Source: Vicugna vicugna
Taxonomy: Eukaryota
DNA: 64,000 nucleotides
Assembly: GCA_013265495.1 (NCBI GenBank)
Contig: MU058384.1
Span: 3,953,239 to 4,017,238, forward strand
Direction: 5' to 3'
Shown here: one piece after another, positions 12,801 through 26,930 of the stretch
Layout: every line of letters begins with the position of its first letter
Numbering within the stretch: position 1 is the stretch's first letter
Notes under the pieces: generated by a model
Databases searched by the model: none
What the model was told of the DNA's origin: nothing
What the model saw: the letters and a program-made list of their open reading frames with translations, nothing else
Program-made: the position numbers and the translations under genes

Positions 12801-14089
12801 GAAGGTGAGAGAGGAGACTACTGACACCTGATTCTTGTAGGCATGTATTGGAAATAATAAAATACAGTGCAGTTAAGAAGAAACTTGAAAAGTGGGCTAA
12901 GTAAGATTATGAAATGAGAAAAGGAAGGGACAGAAGAGTAAGTAGCATAATGTTTTGAGTAGATAGACTACAAGTATATATGCACATAGAAGTTTTTTTT
13001 CCAGAGAGAAAGGAGGGAAGGAAGAGCTTTTAATTTTACAGCTTTATGTACTATTTGAATTCCCTAAACCATATGATAGACATTTTTTAAAGATAAAAAG
13101 AATAAATGGATTATTCAAGTGATGGGATTATGGACCTTTCAAATTTTTATCTTCATAATCTTTCTATAGAAAAGCAAATAAATGTTGTTTTTAAAAATAC
13201 ACTAAATCAACTGAAATTTTTGTATGCAGGGGTTTGATTAATACCTACTCTGATACATTTATGGAATTGCTGGTAGAGAAAGTAATTCAGTCTTGCGGCC
13301 ATGCGAGTGCCTCTGCGCATTTAATAAGCAGTTGTGTAAGGACCTTAAGGCCAACTGGCTAGTTGGAAAAAAGGAGAATTGTGGCTCAGGAATTACCAAG
13401 AGCTATCCAGGTTTGTGCTGGGGGCACCGTTCACATTCTTTTCAGAAATCTACTGGTTTCTAAATTGTTTGAATTCCTATGGAACTGATTTCTATCACAA
13501 ATGTTATTAAAACCCTGATCTGGCATCTCTTGCTCTTTTTTTTTTTCCTTCTGATCTTGCTCCTCCTGCTGTTTTCAAAACTAAATGCAGATCTGCTTTA
13601 ATATGGTGAATCAGCGCCTGTTTTGCTTTCTGACTTATGGAAGAAATTGGAATAAGTCATAATGTACCAAATGAAGGAGGTGCTAAAATACGCAGTTTGT
13701 ACAGAATCCCCAGTGTGTGGAGCCTGCTTGTGAATGCCTTAAACGAAAAGCCAGTATCTAAGACACAACGTTAGGAGATATTTTTATCATCTAACCACCA
13801 CCTGGTTTTGTGTGCCTTGTTTTTTCCTTTCTGGGTCATCACTGTCCTTTGTAGCCTTTTATTATCTCCCACTCCCCCACCTAAATTAAATCCTTTGCCT
13901 TTTCTGAATCTCACCCACCTTCAGAGCCCATTTGGAGTGTTACTTCCAGCCCTCAGTGATGTCTGGGCTCAAAGAGGTGATTGTTGGGGAAGAGAGGAGG
14001 TGGGGGCCAGCAGGGTGGGCTGGGGCCAGATTTTGGAAGATATTTGGAAGGCTCAGGCGCTTGGACTTCATTCCATAATTAATGAGAAC

Positions 14090-14490
14090 TCTGTCAGTTT
14101 AAGGATTGCTTCTAATCGTGAATACAGAATCAAAAAAAACAAAAGACCCAAGGATTAAACAAATTAGGAGTTTTCTTTTTGCTTACCTACAGGAAACATG
14201 GACGTGAACAGTTGCTAGCATTTGTTCAGCAGCTCAGAAATGTCAGGGCCAGGGCTCTGTTACTCCCATAATCTCTCTCTCATGATAGCCTCCTGGTTGC
14301 CAGGTGGATGCCCTATGTGCAACATCACATCCATGTTCAAGGGAGGAGGAAAAGGAGAGAGAGAAGCAAACCCACCTGTGTCTGCTTCTCCTTTAAGGAG
14401 CATTCCCACAAACCCCAGCAACAACTTCAGTTTTCAACTTTTTGGCCAGAACTGTGCCTTGTGGCCAAACTTCTGTTAGAAAAGAAGCAT
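14090..14490. mobile_element. MLT1-type MaLR LTR relic
   Basis: catcacatccatgttcaagggaggagg and ttggccagaactgtgccttgtggcca are MLT1-like; boundaries approximate. Confidence 0.6.
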
Positions 14491-14880
14491 CAGGGAATAG
14501 ATATTTATTGGGTAACCAGCATGGATGGACACAGCTTTCAGTATGTAAGTTGGCAGTATGAATTTCTAAGCAAGAAATATTGTATCAAGCGTTTCCTCAT
14601 TTGGGTTGGGGATTTTTGTTTGTATTTGGGGGCTTTTGTTTTGTTTTGTCACTATACAGCACAGTTTTTTGCCTTGCCTCTCATGAGATTACCAGTATTT
14701 AGAACTTTTGGAAATGCACATTCTAAAAATCATGTACAACAAAACAAAACCAAATGCTAATCAGCGTGGGGCACCCTTGGCGTGTAGTAAAAGTCAGAGA
14801 AAGGACTGCGTTGGAGGTAGGAGTAGCTAGAAAAGACTTCATGAGAAAGAGACTTGAGCTGGACTATGAAAACTGGTCTG

Positions 14881-15175
14881 GATTCTGTATGATGCTGTAA
14901 TGGTGGATACATGACATTATATGTTTGTCAAAACCCAAAACAACAGCAGGAGTGAACTCTAATGTGAACTGTGGACTTTGGGAGATAATGATGTGTCAGT
15001 GTAGGTTCATTGATTGAAACAAATGTACCACTCAGTGCAGGATGTTGACAGTGAGAGAGGTGGTGCATGTGTGCAAGTAGCAGATACTTGGGAACGCTGT
15101 GCTTTCTGCTCAATTTTGCTGTAAACCTAAAACTCTCTCCAAAAAGGTGGGGGGGCTATTTTTGAAAAAAGAAAA
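14881..15175 (+). mobile_element. L1MC-type 3' end
   Basis: gtggatacatgacattatatgtttgtcaaaaccc...gtgaactctaatgtgaactgtggacttt...ttttgctgtaaacctaaaact followed by an A-rich end. Confidence 0.8.
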
Positions 15176-18100
15176 AGGATGGATTGGATTTAAGTAGTTG
15201 GAGAGATAGTGAGGCCAATGTTCCAACGAGAAAAGGAAAAACTAACCAGGTCACAGAGGTAGAAATGTCTTCAGCATACAACAGCAGGATGAGACTGGGA
15301 TGGCTCATCTTAAGCAGCCATTAAGTTACATGTTCAATAGTTACCTGAAGTGAATTGGAATAAACTTAACCTTTCATTATGTACTACTCACTCCTATTAA
15401 GTTTTTCAAGAAGGTTTAAAGTTAAGTATTTTACTATTTTGTGCAGGGGAGGAACAATTAATGATTAATATTCTGCAACCATATGTTTACCTCACAGATT
15501 AAACTCATTCAGTCGACTAATACTCAAAGGATTAAAATTACTTTCACATCTCTTTGCAAAATTGATATTTAAAACAGAATCCCCTTTTTATTTGGGATTC
15601 GTTTTAAGAAGTGTACATTTACTACATTGATAATTTTATTTTGCACTTAAGTATAAAAATCTTTTCTATTTTGTGGCCAAAATAATCATTTTGTAAAACA
15701 CTACCATCAGCCATTTTACTTTTCTTTAAAGTAAACCATAGTTCTGTTAAAAGTAAAAACAACTTCTTTCAGTTGGTTACTTTAATTAAGCAGAGTATAA
15801 TAAAGTTGAGTTCTAATTATTTTTCTCTCCCAAGTTATTTAAATAGTTGCTTTTAATTACACATTGAGTTTAATTGAGTTGGGTCTAATTTGATAAACTC
15901 CCTATCCAGCTGTGGAAATTTAGACAATTAACTACAATCTGTAATTTACCATTTCTCAGTGTGACTGGAAAACTTAAAATGGTTTGGGTTTTTGCCCTTT
16001 TTCTGTACTCTGCTCTGTACTTCGCTGAGTCATAAGCATGATTCATATTAGGGGGCAGAGATGATTTGTGTAGCAGTTTGCATTGTGACTGGTGATAAGT
16101 CTCCAGGAAAGTACGTCACCCGTGGGGATGAAAAGGCTTGCTTTTTAACCTGGTTTATATTAATACAGGTGGAAAATACAGCATTTTCTATTCTGTTTAT
16201 GGTATTGCCATCTGGCTGGAGGAAGGCTTTTGTTTGCTTTATTTATTTTTTGTTTGTTTTTAGATAAAAGCCTATTTCGTTGAATTTTAAAGTGTGTGGT
16301 GTTTACTCCTGTCAGTTAAATGTATCAGAAGGACTTTGTAACACGAATTAAGGAGCAACTTTCAGTGGTAAACAAAACAGCTTAAGAAGCAATCCCTAAT
16401 CGTTCCCACAAAATATATAGAACATGTGCTTTTCTGAAATGCTTTTCTTCATTTCAGCTAAAGTGGATGTTTCTTAGCTTATCAACAGATTATCAAATCT
16501 CTGAAGTTGCTTTGGGAGAAGATTGGGGTATGCAGGTCTCTGAAAGATGAAGTGCTTGTCTGGTCACCTTTCTGATTCCAGCCGAGGCTGTGACGTTCGC
16601 GTGCTGTCTCTGCAGGACAGGCAGTGTTCTGCTGTATTTGGAGACTGACCCTCTAATTCCTGAGATACTCACTGTAAACGATACTAGGCAAACTTTTCTA
16701 TTATGTGACTGCAAAAACAGTCATTTGATTTTGAATCTTTCCTGACATAATGTCAGAACCAGCCTAGAATTACATTAGTTTTTCCTTTTCTGACATGGAA
16801 TGAATATGACTGTGATCTGATGATTCTTTCGGTCACTACAATCTTGGCAGCCAAAAAATGAACAAATGTGTACTTTTTCTTTTTACCTATCTTGTCATTA
16901 ATACTTTTTCTTTCTGGGCTTTTGCCACAATTTGTTTGGGGTACACCATCCACCCTCTCTTCCCCTCTTGTTTCTTTCTTCAGGCATTTATTCATTGTCA
17001 GTGTCATATATGCCAGACAGTGGGCTAAACACTAAAGGTACAGAGTGTAAAGATGAAGGTGTCCTCCCTGCCCTCAAGTTTCTCTAGTCTAGTAGAAACT
17101 ACCATAGCTCTACACCTAGCCAAGTATCAAAGACTAACTTAGCCTGTAGCTCCATTTACTTGGAGACCATCTATGGTTTTTTAAGCTCAGAACATGATGG
17201 CTGTGATCAGACATCAGCTCTTTGTAGTAAACAAGTAGCCCACTCCTTATCCCTTAAAAATATCCTGGTAACTTGTTTTGATAGAACTATCTTTTGCAGC
17301 CATTTAAGTAATAATTATATTTTTCCTACTGTGTAATTTAGCAAACATGTGGATTTTTATAGAAGAGCTTATGATAATGTCAGTATTTTTATCATCTTAT
17401 GGTATAGATGACAGTTCAGTACAACTGCTTCAGCTTCTTTATGGAAGTTAATAGATTACAAACTTAATAAACACGTACATGTGTCTGTCTCATTCTTCAT
17501 GCCTTGTTGTCAGTTTTGAAGATGAGAAGTGACGTTTCTGGTGAATTCTCTCCTCATACGTCATATAACTATACACGACGTTGGATTGTATTTGTAAAAT
17601 CAGTGTCTTTGCGTTGGGTTTGTATTATTTCAGTATTGTACAAATTTTTTGTCTTATGATTGAATATTGTTTTCCATTACCATCATAATTTTTTTTTCAT
17701 TATAAAGAAATGAAGTTATCAGAAAGTGACTTTCTGTCACTGTTCTTTATTGTTGGATGAGCTCCCTCCAAATTTTAAAACCTCCACAGGGTCTTATAAG
17801 CCTCTAATATACTCTAGGCCAAAGTCATTACTTTTTGTTCTTTCTAGAGTGTGTGAAATGCAAAGAAAAAAGTCTTAATTGAATTGTTTCTGTCACCAGA
17901 ATGAATAAGGAAGATGCAATGTATGACTCAGATATACATTATTATCAAAAGTTCTCATTTAATTGCATTTGTTTTTGCAACCAAAAATGAACAGTAGTGC
18001 TGAATAAATGATTCTTATTGCTGTGTCAGATTAAATGTGGCCAGATGTTATACCATACCACAAAGTGGATTTATTCTGATGCAGAAGGGCAAATCAGACT

Positions 18101-18879
18101 CTGCAGTCTTTTTCAACATCTGTAGTTACAAGTGTTGAGACGGTGCAGTCCCTGTAAGTTTGCATAATGTGGTGGCTGCTTCCGCACCCTGGGCTGCCTT
18201 GAGAGTACCTTTAATAATACTCATCAGCATCTACCCACATTTTATTTTCTTGAGATACCTGCAAAATTGCCTTCAAAAACACCCCACCTATTTCCCAACC
18301 AGGCACACTTCCTCTGTTCCATATTTCCTCTTCCTGCCCACCACTCCTGCTCCCTAGAGTTTGTGGCTGGGATTCCATTTCCTGCAGGATCTGAAGCAGA
18401 AGAGACCCAGGGAGCTTATGCAGGGTCCCCTCTCTGCCCGGTTTCCCTCTAGGATGGCCACACACTCTGCCCCTTCCCTGCTCCTTGATGCTCCAACTAC
18501 AGGAATATATTTCACCATAGTCACTCATGCTTCTTTTTACCCCCGGTGGTTAAAAATCATCTCTTGGTACATGTTTCAGGTAAGTGAGAAAATCTGAATA
18601 ATTACTAAATTATGCAGAATGTGGAGTTCTAGTCCGATTTCCTTTTATTGTTGTCTTTAATATGATAACCTTTTTAAATACATTTTCAGCAGGCTTATTG
18701 GGCCTCACTTTTCATCTATCCGGAAGCCCCAGAAGCCACTGAAGCTAAAGTAGTTCACAGCTAGAAGTTCCATGTGGCATGCTCAGTGCGTTTCCATCGC
18801 CTTCATGATAAAGTGCATACTCTTGGAATCCAAGGAGGCGTTGACCTTGGCCTGTTTGTCTTATTTTCAGCTGCCTGCC

Positions 18880-19290
18880 TCCCTAAACCCACTGTTCTGA
18901 CTAGGCAGTCCCTTGATTATCCCCCACATTTTAGCCTTGGTGGTTTTGCATATGCCGTGCCTCAGCCAGGAATACCTGCTGCTTATACAGATTCTTCAAA
19001 ATCTTTACCCAGTGAAGTTTTCCATCACCACCACCTCCATACCACCTTCTTCCACCTCTGAATCCCTGTAACACTATCTGTATCACTTACTGGGGTTATG
19101 AATCATCTGTGGCATATTGATTTTTGAAAACTGAATCAGTCTCTTGTTGTCATTGCATGTATTTGCCCATTGTCTCCTCCAAATAATGATAAGCATCTTG
19201 CAAGTAGATGCTCTGTCCTGCGATCTTTGTATTTTTGGTACATAGCACAGTGGCTGGCCTATGGGAGTGCCTGTAAATGTTTATTGAAAA
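18880..19290 (+). mobile_element. L2 3' fragment
   Basis: tctttgtatttttggtacatagcacagtggctggcctat...taaatgtttattgaa resembles the L2 tail. Confidence 0.55.
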
Positions 19291-19809
19291 CGTTCTGTAA
19301 CATTTCTGAGCCTGGGAATATGGTGGTTCTATTGGTAGTAACAAGAGACTGACATCAGGGATTGTCTTGATTTTGTGAGGCCAGTATGGCTTTTGACATA
19401 GTTTCAAGTGACAGCAGAGATACATGAGCACATATTCCCTAGAAGTGGAAGAACTGTACTGAGAGAGCATGTTTATACATGCAGACTTGAAAGTGTTATG
19501 TGACTGACATCAAGATTGTGCTTCATGTCATAACAGGGGAGAACTTTACTGAAGAGAAATTACTGGAGGAATCAAAAGCTCCCTAGAATTAGGAGTCCAG
19601 AAAAGGAAGAGATGGTAGAAAAGATGCCTCATTCACTTACTATTTTACCAGTATTGAGCGCAAGGTGTCCCACAGTATAGGGTGTTGACAATAAATGTGA
19701 GTAGGAAGAACTGAAGTCAAGTGGGAAGTGACACCTAGGTTCGTCCAGCGCTGACTCCCAGGAGCATTGATCATTCCCACACAACTTCACATAGAATTAT
19801 GAGGAATTT

Positions 19810-21972
19810 TTAAAATTTACTTTTATTGAAGTATAGTTGACGTACAATATTATGTTAGTTTCAGGTGAACAGTATAACAGTCCAACAGTCAAATACATTA
19901 CAAAATGATCACCTTGACAAGTCCAACAGCCATCTGTCACCATATAAAATTATATCAGTATCATTTATTGTATTCCCATGACTCGTTCTTTTTTTATAAC
20001 TGGAGGTTTATATTTTTTTTTTACATTTTTTATTGATTCATAATCATTTTACAGTGTTGTGTCAAATTCCAGTGTTCAGCACAATTTTTAGTCATTCATG
20101 GACATATACACACTCATTGTCACATTTTTTTCTCTGTGATTTATCATAACATTTTGTGTATATTTCCCTGTGCTATACAGTGTAATCTTGTTTATCTATT
20201 CTACAATTTTGAAATCCCAGTCTATCCCTTCCCACCCTCTACCCCCCCTGGTAACCACAAGTCTGTATTCTCTGTCCATGAGTCTATTTCTGTCCTGTAT
20301 TTATGCTTTGTTTTTGTTTGTTTTTGTTTTTTAGATTCCACATATGAGCGATCTCATATGGTATTTTTCTTTCTCTTTCTGGCTTACTTCACTTAGAATG
20401 ACATTCTCTAGGATCATCCATGTTGCTGCAAATGGCATTATGTTGTCGGTTTTTATGGCTGAGTAGTATTCCATTGTATAAATATACCACCTCTTCTTTA
20501 TCCAGTCACCTGTTGATGGACATTTAGGCTGTTTCCATGTTTTGGCTATTGTAAATAGTGCTGCTATGAACATTGGGGTGCAGGTGTCATCCTGAAGTAG
20601 ATTTCCTTCTGGGTACAAGCCCAGGAGTGGGATTCCTGGGTCATATGGTAAGTCTATTCCTAGTCTTTTGAGGAATCTCCACACTGTTTTCCATAGTGGC
20701 TGCACCAAACTGCATTCCCACCAGCAGTGTAGGAGGGTTCCCCTTTCTCCACAGCCTCTCCAGCATTTGTCATTTTTGGATTTTTGAATGACGGCCATTC
20801 TGACTGGTGTGAGGTGATACCTCATTGTAGTTTTGATTTGCATTTCTCTGATAATTAGTGATATTGAACATTTTTTCATGTGCTTTTTGATCATTTGTAT
20901 GTCTTCCTTGGAGAATTGCTTGTTTAGGTCTTCTGCCCATTTTTGGATTGGGTTGTTTATTTTTTTCTTATTGAGTCGTATGAGCTGCTTATATATTTTG
21001 GAGATCAAGCCTTTGTCGGTTTCACTTGCAAAAATTTTCTCCCATTCCGTAGGTTTTCTTCTTGTTTTATTTCTGGTTTCCTTTGCTCTGCAGAAGCTTG
21101 TAAGTTTCATTAGGTCCCATTTGTTTATTCTTGCTTTTATTTCTTCTAGGAGAAAATTTTTGAAATGTATGTCAGATAATGTTTTGCCTATGTTTTCCTC
21201 TAGGAGGTTTATTGTATCTTGTCTTATGTTTAAGTCTTTAATCCATTTTGAGTTGATTTTTGTATATGGTGTAAGGGTGTGTTCTAGCTTCATTGTTTTA
21301 CATGCTGCTGTCCAGTTTTCCCAACACCATTTGCTGAAGAGACTGTCTTTATTCCATTGTATATTCTTGCCTCCTTTGTCGAAGATGAGTTGACCAAAAG
21401 TTTGTGGGTTCATTTCTGGGCTCTCTATTCTGTTCCATTGGTCTATATGTCTGTTTTGGTACCAATACCATGCTGTCTTGATGACTGTAGCTCTATAGTA
21501 TTGTCTGAAGTCTGGGAGAGTTATTCCTCCAGCCTCTTTCTTTCTCTTCAGTAATGCTTTAGCAATTCTAGGTCTTTGATGGTTCCATATAAATTTTATT
21601 ATGATTTGTTCTAGTTCTGTGAAATATGTCCTGGGTAATTGGATAGGGATTGCATTAAATCTGTAGATTGCCTTGGGCAGTGTGACCATTTTAACAATAT
21701 TGATTCTTCCAATCCAAGAGCATGGAATATCTTTCCATTTTTTAAAGTCTTCTTTAATTTCCTTCATCAATGGTTTATAGTTTTCTGTGTATAATTCTTT
21801 CACCTCCTTGGTTAGATTTATTCCCAGATATTTTATTACTTTGGGTGCTATTTTAAAGGGGATTGTTTCTTTACTTTCTTTTTCTGTTGATTTATCGTTA
21901 GTGTAAAGAAAGGCAACTGATTTTTGAACATTAATTTTGGATGTTTATATTTCTTAATCTCCTTCACCTCAC
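19810..21972 (-). mobile_element. Older short L1 3' fragment (19810-20015 plus 21953-21972) interrupted by a young L1
   Basis: ttttattgaagtatagttgacgtacaatattatgttagtttcagg 3'UTR; perfect 15-bp TSD aattatgaggaattt at 19795-19809 and 21973-21987. Confidence 0.85.
20016..21937 (-). mobile_element. Young 5'-truncated L1 with uninterrupted ORF2 C-terminal part (RT end to Cys-rich domain)
   Basis: 490-aa ORF 20331-21803, still open upstream ([14 protein letters not shown]...[11 protein letters not shown]); [18 protein letters not shown] motif; 3'UTR and T-tail; TSD tgga(g/t)gtttatattt at 20001-20015 and 21938-21952. Confidence 0.97.
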
Positions 21973-24462
21973 AATTATGAGGAATTTAAACTGAGAAGCA
22001 CTCCATCATGTGAAATAATCAGAAAAGTCATTAGGAGTTTTGAGGTTGCATTATCCCTTTCTTATTCTAATACAGCTTTCATAAGTAATATTGGATAAAA
22101 TATTTAATATCTGTGATTTAAATGTTACCGTACTCCTGGCAGCTACATTAGAATAAAATTTAACTTGCCAAGTATATGAGCAAAAAAGATCACAAAGAAA
22201 ATTTTAGGTAAAACACTCTGAACTACCTGAAAGTTACTCTGTAGTCTTTATATGTCATTATTTTAAAAGAATAACATTCTTCAATTGCCATAACAGTATT
22301 TTGCAGCCAAATTTTCAGATAATCTGTTTGTGATTCAAAGTTCTGTGATTCACTAGAAAGACTCAGCATATAGTCATACTTACGGCTAAGATTTATTGTA
22401 GCAAAAAGACATAAAGCAAAGTCAGGTCTTCCTAAGTATAACACGTCATGTGTGATGTTAACTCTTTTATGCACAAGTAGATTGAAACTGTGAGATGGAG
22501 GCACATGAAGTTGCAACATCATCAGCCATCTTTTACTGCAAAAGAAATGCCAGTTGCATGTGGCTCAACCTCTGCTTTGTCTTCTGGTTTGAGGGTTGAA
22601 GGCTAAAGTGTTGCTGTTGCCCAGCCCATAAGCCATATATTGTTTTAAATAGTGACAGAAATACATTCTGTTTTGGATGTTAAGACCAGGTATCATTCAG
22701 TGAGTTTAAACTCAGCATGGTCTGTAAGTTTGTGATCATAAATGCCTTATAAGAGTAAGCATTTTTACTAAATTAAGCATTGTTTGGGCCAGTTGTCTTG
22801 ATCAATTGAGAGAAGACTCTTCCAGCAGACCATACAGCTGAAAATAGAAACAAAGCAGTGAGAGCCCATGACCTTTATGGGAAGACATTGCGAGGAATGC
22901 AGTGAATCTCAGAGGATGTGGATTATAGAGGCACGTTTGTGGCACAGGCTTGGAGCTGCAAGATTTTTACTAGATGAAAGCTCTAAGTGTCTGCTGCCTG
23001 TTTTGTTGCAGTGATTTACAGACAGAGCCCCAGACCACAAGGGCGCCTCTCTCCATCCTTCCTCTTGTCTCCAACACTCTCACATGTGACACTAATGGAA
23101 TAAAGCTTTTAAGCTAGCATGAAGATCAATAAAAATTTTATAAGGCTTGCAAAGACTTATTGAGCATCCTAGTATATGGTTCAGTTTTCTTTTTTGAAAA
23201 ATGAAAGAAAAGAGATTCAAATAATACTTTTAAGCCACCTGAGTCGTTTTTAAAGTGGTATTATTTTAATGGTAAATTTAAAAATAGTATATGGGATCTT
23301 ACATGCTAGTTACCTAGGATTGCCAGATTTTTAAATGTTGAAAATCTTAAAATAAATTTCTGTTTTCATTGTGTTCTCAAACAGTAAAATTCCCTGCGCC
23401 TTGTTATAAAAAAAATCAGAAGATTTTATTTTCCTGTTATGATTGAGGGTTTCTTTTTAAGGCTCATACTTAATATGGTGGTAACTTGAAAGGCATTAAA
23501 TCTCAGGAAAACTGTCATCTCTCTAAGTCCCAGAAAGACTGGTAATTACCTCTTCCCAAGCCAGGTTGTACCCTGGAAACCGTAGCAATAGGTCCCACCT
23601 ATCTGAGGCCCCCAGGAGGTGTGATTGTAGCTGAGCTGAAAACTTCTGAAGCCAGCAGCAGAGCCAGACTCTGCTCCCCGGACTGTCACCGGGTTGACAT
23701 AGGTTTGCCTTCCCTGTTAGCACTGAGTGAGCAAAGCCCAGAGAAGCTAGAAACCCAGTTCCCCACATTTTCATAGGAATAGGGAGAGAGCCAAAAATAC
23801 TTCTACCATTTATTGAGCCTCGCAGTGGGCCCGGCAGTCTCATAATTTTCACAACTCTGGAAGTGTTTTCCTGCGTTAGAGGTGTGGAAACAAAGACTGA
23901 GAGATTAAACGATGTGCTGAGGGCTCACTGCTCATAAGTGGCAGTGCCAGGTCAGCTGACTCTAAAGCACACACCACCTCCCCCATGACCTGAAACACAG
24001 CTCTGCACATAGCGCCAAGTGCTGTGAGCGTGGGAGGCCCAGGACCTCCGAGAGGAGCATCAACGCTGAGAGAAAGGGGGCTGAATGTTTGTTAAACACC
24101 TCTGTGTGCCAAGCCCTGTAATAGACTATTAATGTCCATCTTTTCAGTTAATTCTCCCAACAACCCTGTGAGTTAGCAGTTTCACCCCCATATACCTACT
24201 CAGAGAAGTCAGGAGACTTTCTGAAAGACGCTCAGCTCGTAAGTAGCAGAACTCACAGGTCTGTTTGAGTTTATCTTCAGTCTTATACCATGATAGAGTG
24301 TTAACCACAGAAGCTTTTGGAGAAATAAGGAGCCTTGCAGTGTGGAAGGGAAAGACTGATAGTGAAGCAGAAACATGGCCGGAAAACTTTAGACAAATGT
24401 TCAACCTAATGGTTAAAAATCAACAGTATATAATCCTGGACTAAACAGCCTGACAACTTTTT

Positions 24463-24545
24463 TTTAATGGAAGTACTGGAGATTGAACCCAGGACCTTGT
24501 GCATGCTAAGCATGTGCTCTCCCACTGAGCTATACCCTCCTGCTG
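24463..24545 (-). mobile_element. Camelid tRNA-derived SINE (short Vic-1-like)
   Basis: gattgaacccaggaccttgtgcatgctaagcatgtgctctcccactgagctataccc; TSD ctgacaacttttt at 24450 and 24546. Confidence 0.88.
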
Positions 24546-25609
24546 CTGACAACTTTTTAAATTATCTTTATTTTACTAAATTTAACCTATTCGTTTTATA
24601 TGAACTGAACAAATTTTAAGTTTGTCTCGTTATGAATAGGACTCAAAAGGTCTTTTGTGACAGAAATGAATTCTTGAGATCCAGATGATGATAACATGGG
24701 CAGACAGATGTTCAGCTAGCATAGATCTAATAAAAGTCAGATGTAGATAAATTGGAATTCAAGTAACCAGACCTCCAGTTTAATTGAAATTTATTTTTTT
24801 ACATTTCAGTTTCAAGACAAAGCAAATTACAACCAAAAAAAATTTTTTATAAGGGATTATTCGGAGAAGTCACTTGCACTGAACATGTGTTCTTTTTAAT
24901 CTCCTTTATGGTTGACTGTTACATAATATTCATTTAGGATGGTTGTCTGTTGTCAGGACCTGGGGGCACTGCAGATAATCTCCAGAGGCAGATTAAATTA
25001 TGTCAAATATACCAAGGCAAGAACAAAATGAGTATGTTTGAAATACATTCTAAACAAGTGGTCCTAATTATCTTTAGTTAGCTAAAAAAGAAAATAAGAT
25101 CCCTTAAACAGCTTACTAATTAAGGCTTTCTTGCTGTGTGCTGGAGGTGGCTATGTAATACAAAGAAAATAAAGAAAATAAACTAGTGTAAGCTTCACCT
25201 GCCACGTGGTGATAACTGGCAACTTTTTTTTTGGCAAGTGAGATGACAACATGTGTTTCAGCCATCGAGGTTTATGTTTGAACCTGTTATTTAAAGCCAA
25301 CAAATTATTTGAAACTGGGCAATTAAACAGTGTTAATTAAAAATAGTGTCTAAGAGACTTTCTACTATTTAGTCTGATTTTCTATGTTAGCTATTACTAT
25401 ACGTAACTGAGAGAGAGCCATAAAAATCTGGTATGTTCTTCATTCAGAGTTCAAAGGTAAATTTAGTAGCTTTTTTTTTTTTTAGTGCATCTTGGGTACC
25501 ATTTTTAAATTTAGTCTTCCTGAAGCGTAATTACTATCACATCCTTTTAGGTTCAAAAACCTTAAACAAGTGATTCCTGTTTCTGTTATTATCCATTTCC
25601 CTCAGCCTA

Positions 25610-26310
25610 ATGGAGGAGATAGTAAATATGTCATGTGTCAGGGGATAAGGGCTACAAACAAAGCAGAGTAAGGAGTGGGGAGTGATGAGTGATGGGGGTG
25701 CTGTTTTAAACAGGTTAAGGGGACTCTATAATGTCAACTTTGAGCAGAGAACCAGTGGAAGTGAAGGGGAGACCCATGTTGACATTTGGTAGATGCAAAG
25801 GCTTTGAGATGGAGAAGTCAGTATGATCTGAGCAGAGTAATTAAGAAGGAAAGTAGTACACGGTGAAGGCCAAACCATATAGTACTTTGTAGACCATGGA
25901 CAGACCTTGAATTTTACTCTGAGTGGGATGGCGACTGTTAGAGAGCTTGGAACAGAGGAATGACACGACTTAAGGTTTAATGGGATCCCTCTGGCTGCTG
26001 AGATGAGACTAGACTGAAGAGGAAAAGGGGTAGGATCGGGTAGACTGGCTAAGAGGTTATCGCAGTCACACAGGAAGAGATGGTCAGAAAGGTAGTGGTG
26101 ATGTTTTTTAAGGTAGAGCTGAAAGAACTTACTAATGGATTGAATTTGGGGAGTGATAGGAGGAGAGGGGTCAAGGATATCTCCAAGGCTCTGGGCGTAA
26201 TCAGCTGGAAGAATGCAATTGCTTGACTGGTCGGGGAAGACTGTGGGTAGAACAGGTTTTAAGGCAGAGAGGAGACAGGAGATCAAAGGCTTGTTCTTTG
26301 ACGTGATTTC
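25610..26310 (-). mobile_element. L2 ORF2 3' region relic
   Basis: Minus-strand translation ILPADYAQSLGDILDPSPPITPQIQSISKFFQLYL resembles the L2 RT C-terminus (NLGVILDSSL...HIQSISK). Confidence 0.8.
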
Positions 26311-26930
26311 TGAGAAGTAGCAAATAGGCTTTAAATATCTTTTGAAAATATGTTAAATGATGTATGTAAAGAACAATTTACCTGGTCCTGGAGGACCCTG
26401 TACTTTATATAACCAGAGACTTGCCTGATACTTCTGCCCTTTGTTCCTTTCCTAGAATTCATTTTTCTTAGCCTCTTGAATAATCTGTTCCAGTACATTT
26501 GTTAGAGGCTTTCTCAACATCCCAGTAAGTGATATCTCCTGTTCCCTTTAGTGATCTACTTGGTTATGTTCTCAGAATGTTTGGGTTCCTAACACATGAA
26601 CTATGTAAGAACAAAGATCACAGACTCTAGATTCCAGTCATTCTTCCCCATGGTGGCTTTATGTGTAAACTGGGACAGCCTGGGTGAACAATCTCAGGGA
26701 CCCTGAGCACATCACTGCTGTAGGACTGGTCACTTGAGCTGAGGCTGACGGGTTTGGGATGTGTCCTTCCTACTGCACGGTCTGCTCCTTGGGCGCAGGG
26801 CTTGTAACTACTTAACTTTTTTATTTCCTGAATCTAGCCTAGTACTTAATAAGAGAGTGAACCTGTGAACGTGTCTGAATAAATTTTAAGAAACTAAATG
26901 TGTCTTTTCTCTTTTGTCTCATTTGTGCAG

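Noticed and set aside
16020..16125. AP-1 (tgagtca) and CRE-like (acgtca) motifs as an intronic enhancer
   Set aside because: Short motifs occur at about chance frequency in 64 kb; cannot be supported without chromatin or conservation data.
18361..18586. Perfect donor CAG|GTAAGT at 18579 as a possible alternative first exon
   Set aside because: In the phase needed to join exon 2 there is no ATG after an upstream TGA (18486), and there is no CpG island or promoter evidence. A non-coding exon cannot be excluded.
20833..21393. 186-aa plus-strand ORF and neighbouring hydrophobic ORFs
   Set aside because: Antisense shadows of L1 ORF2.
24463..24545. tRNA-like sequences (also at 6719 and 35730)
   Set aside because: They have tails and TSDs, so they are SINEs rather than tRNA genes.
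25726..26286. 186-aa minus-strand ORF
   Set aside because: Decayed L2 sequence open by chance, not a host gene.
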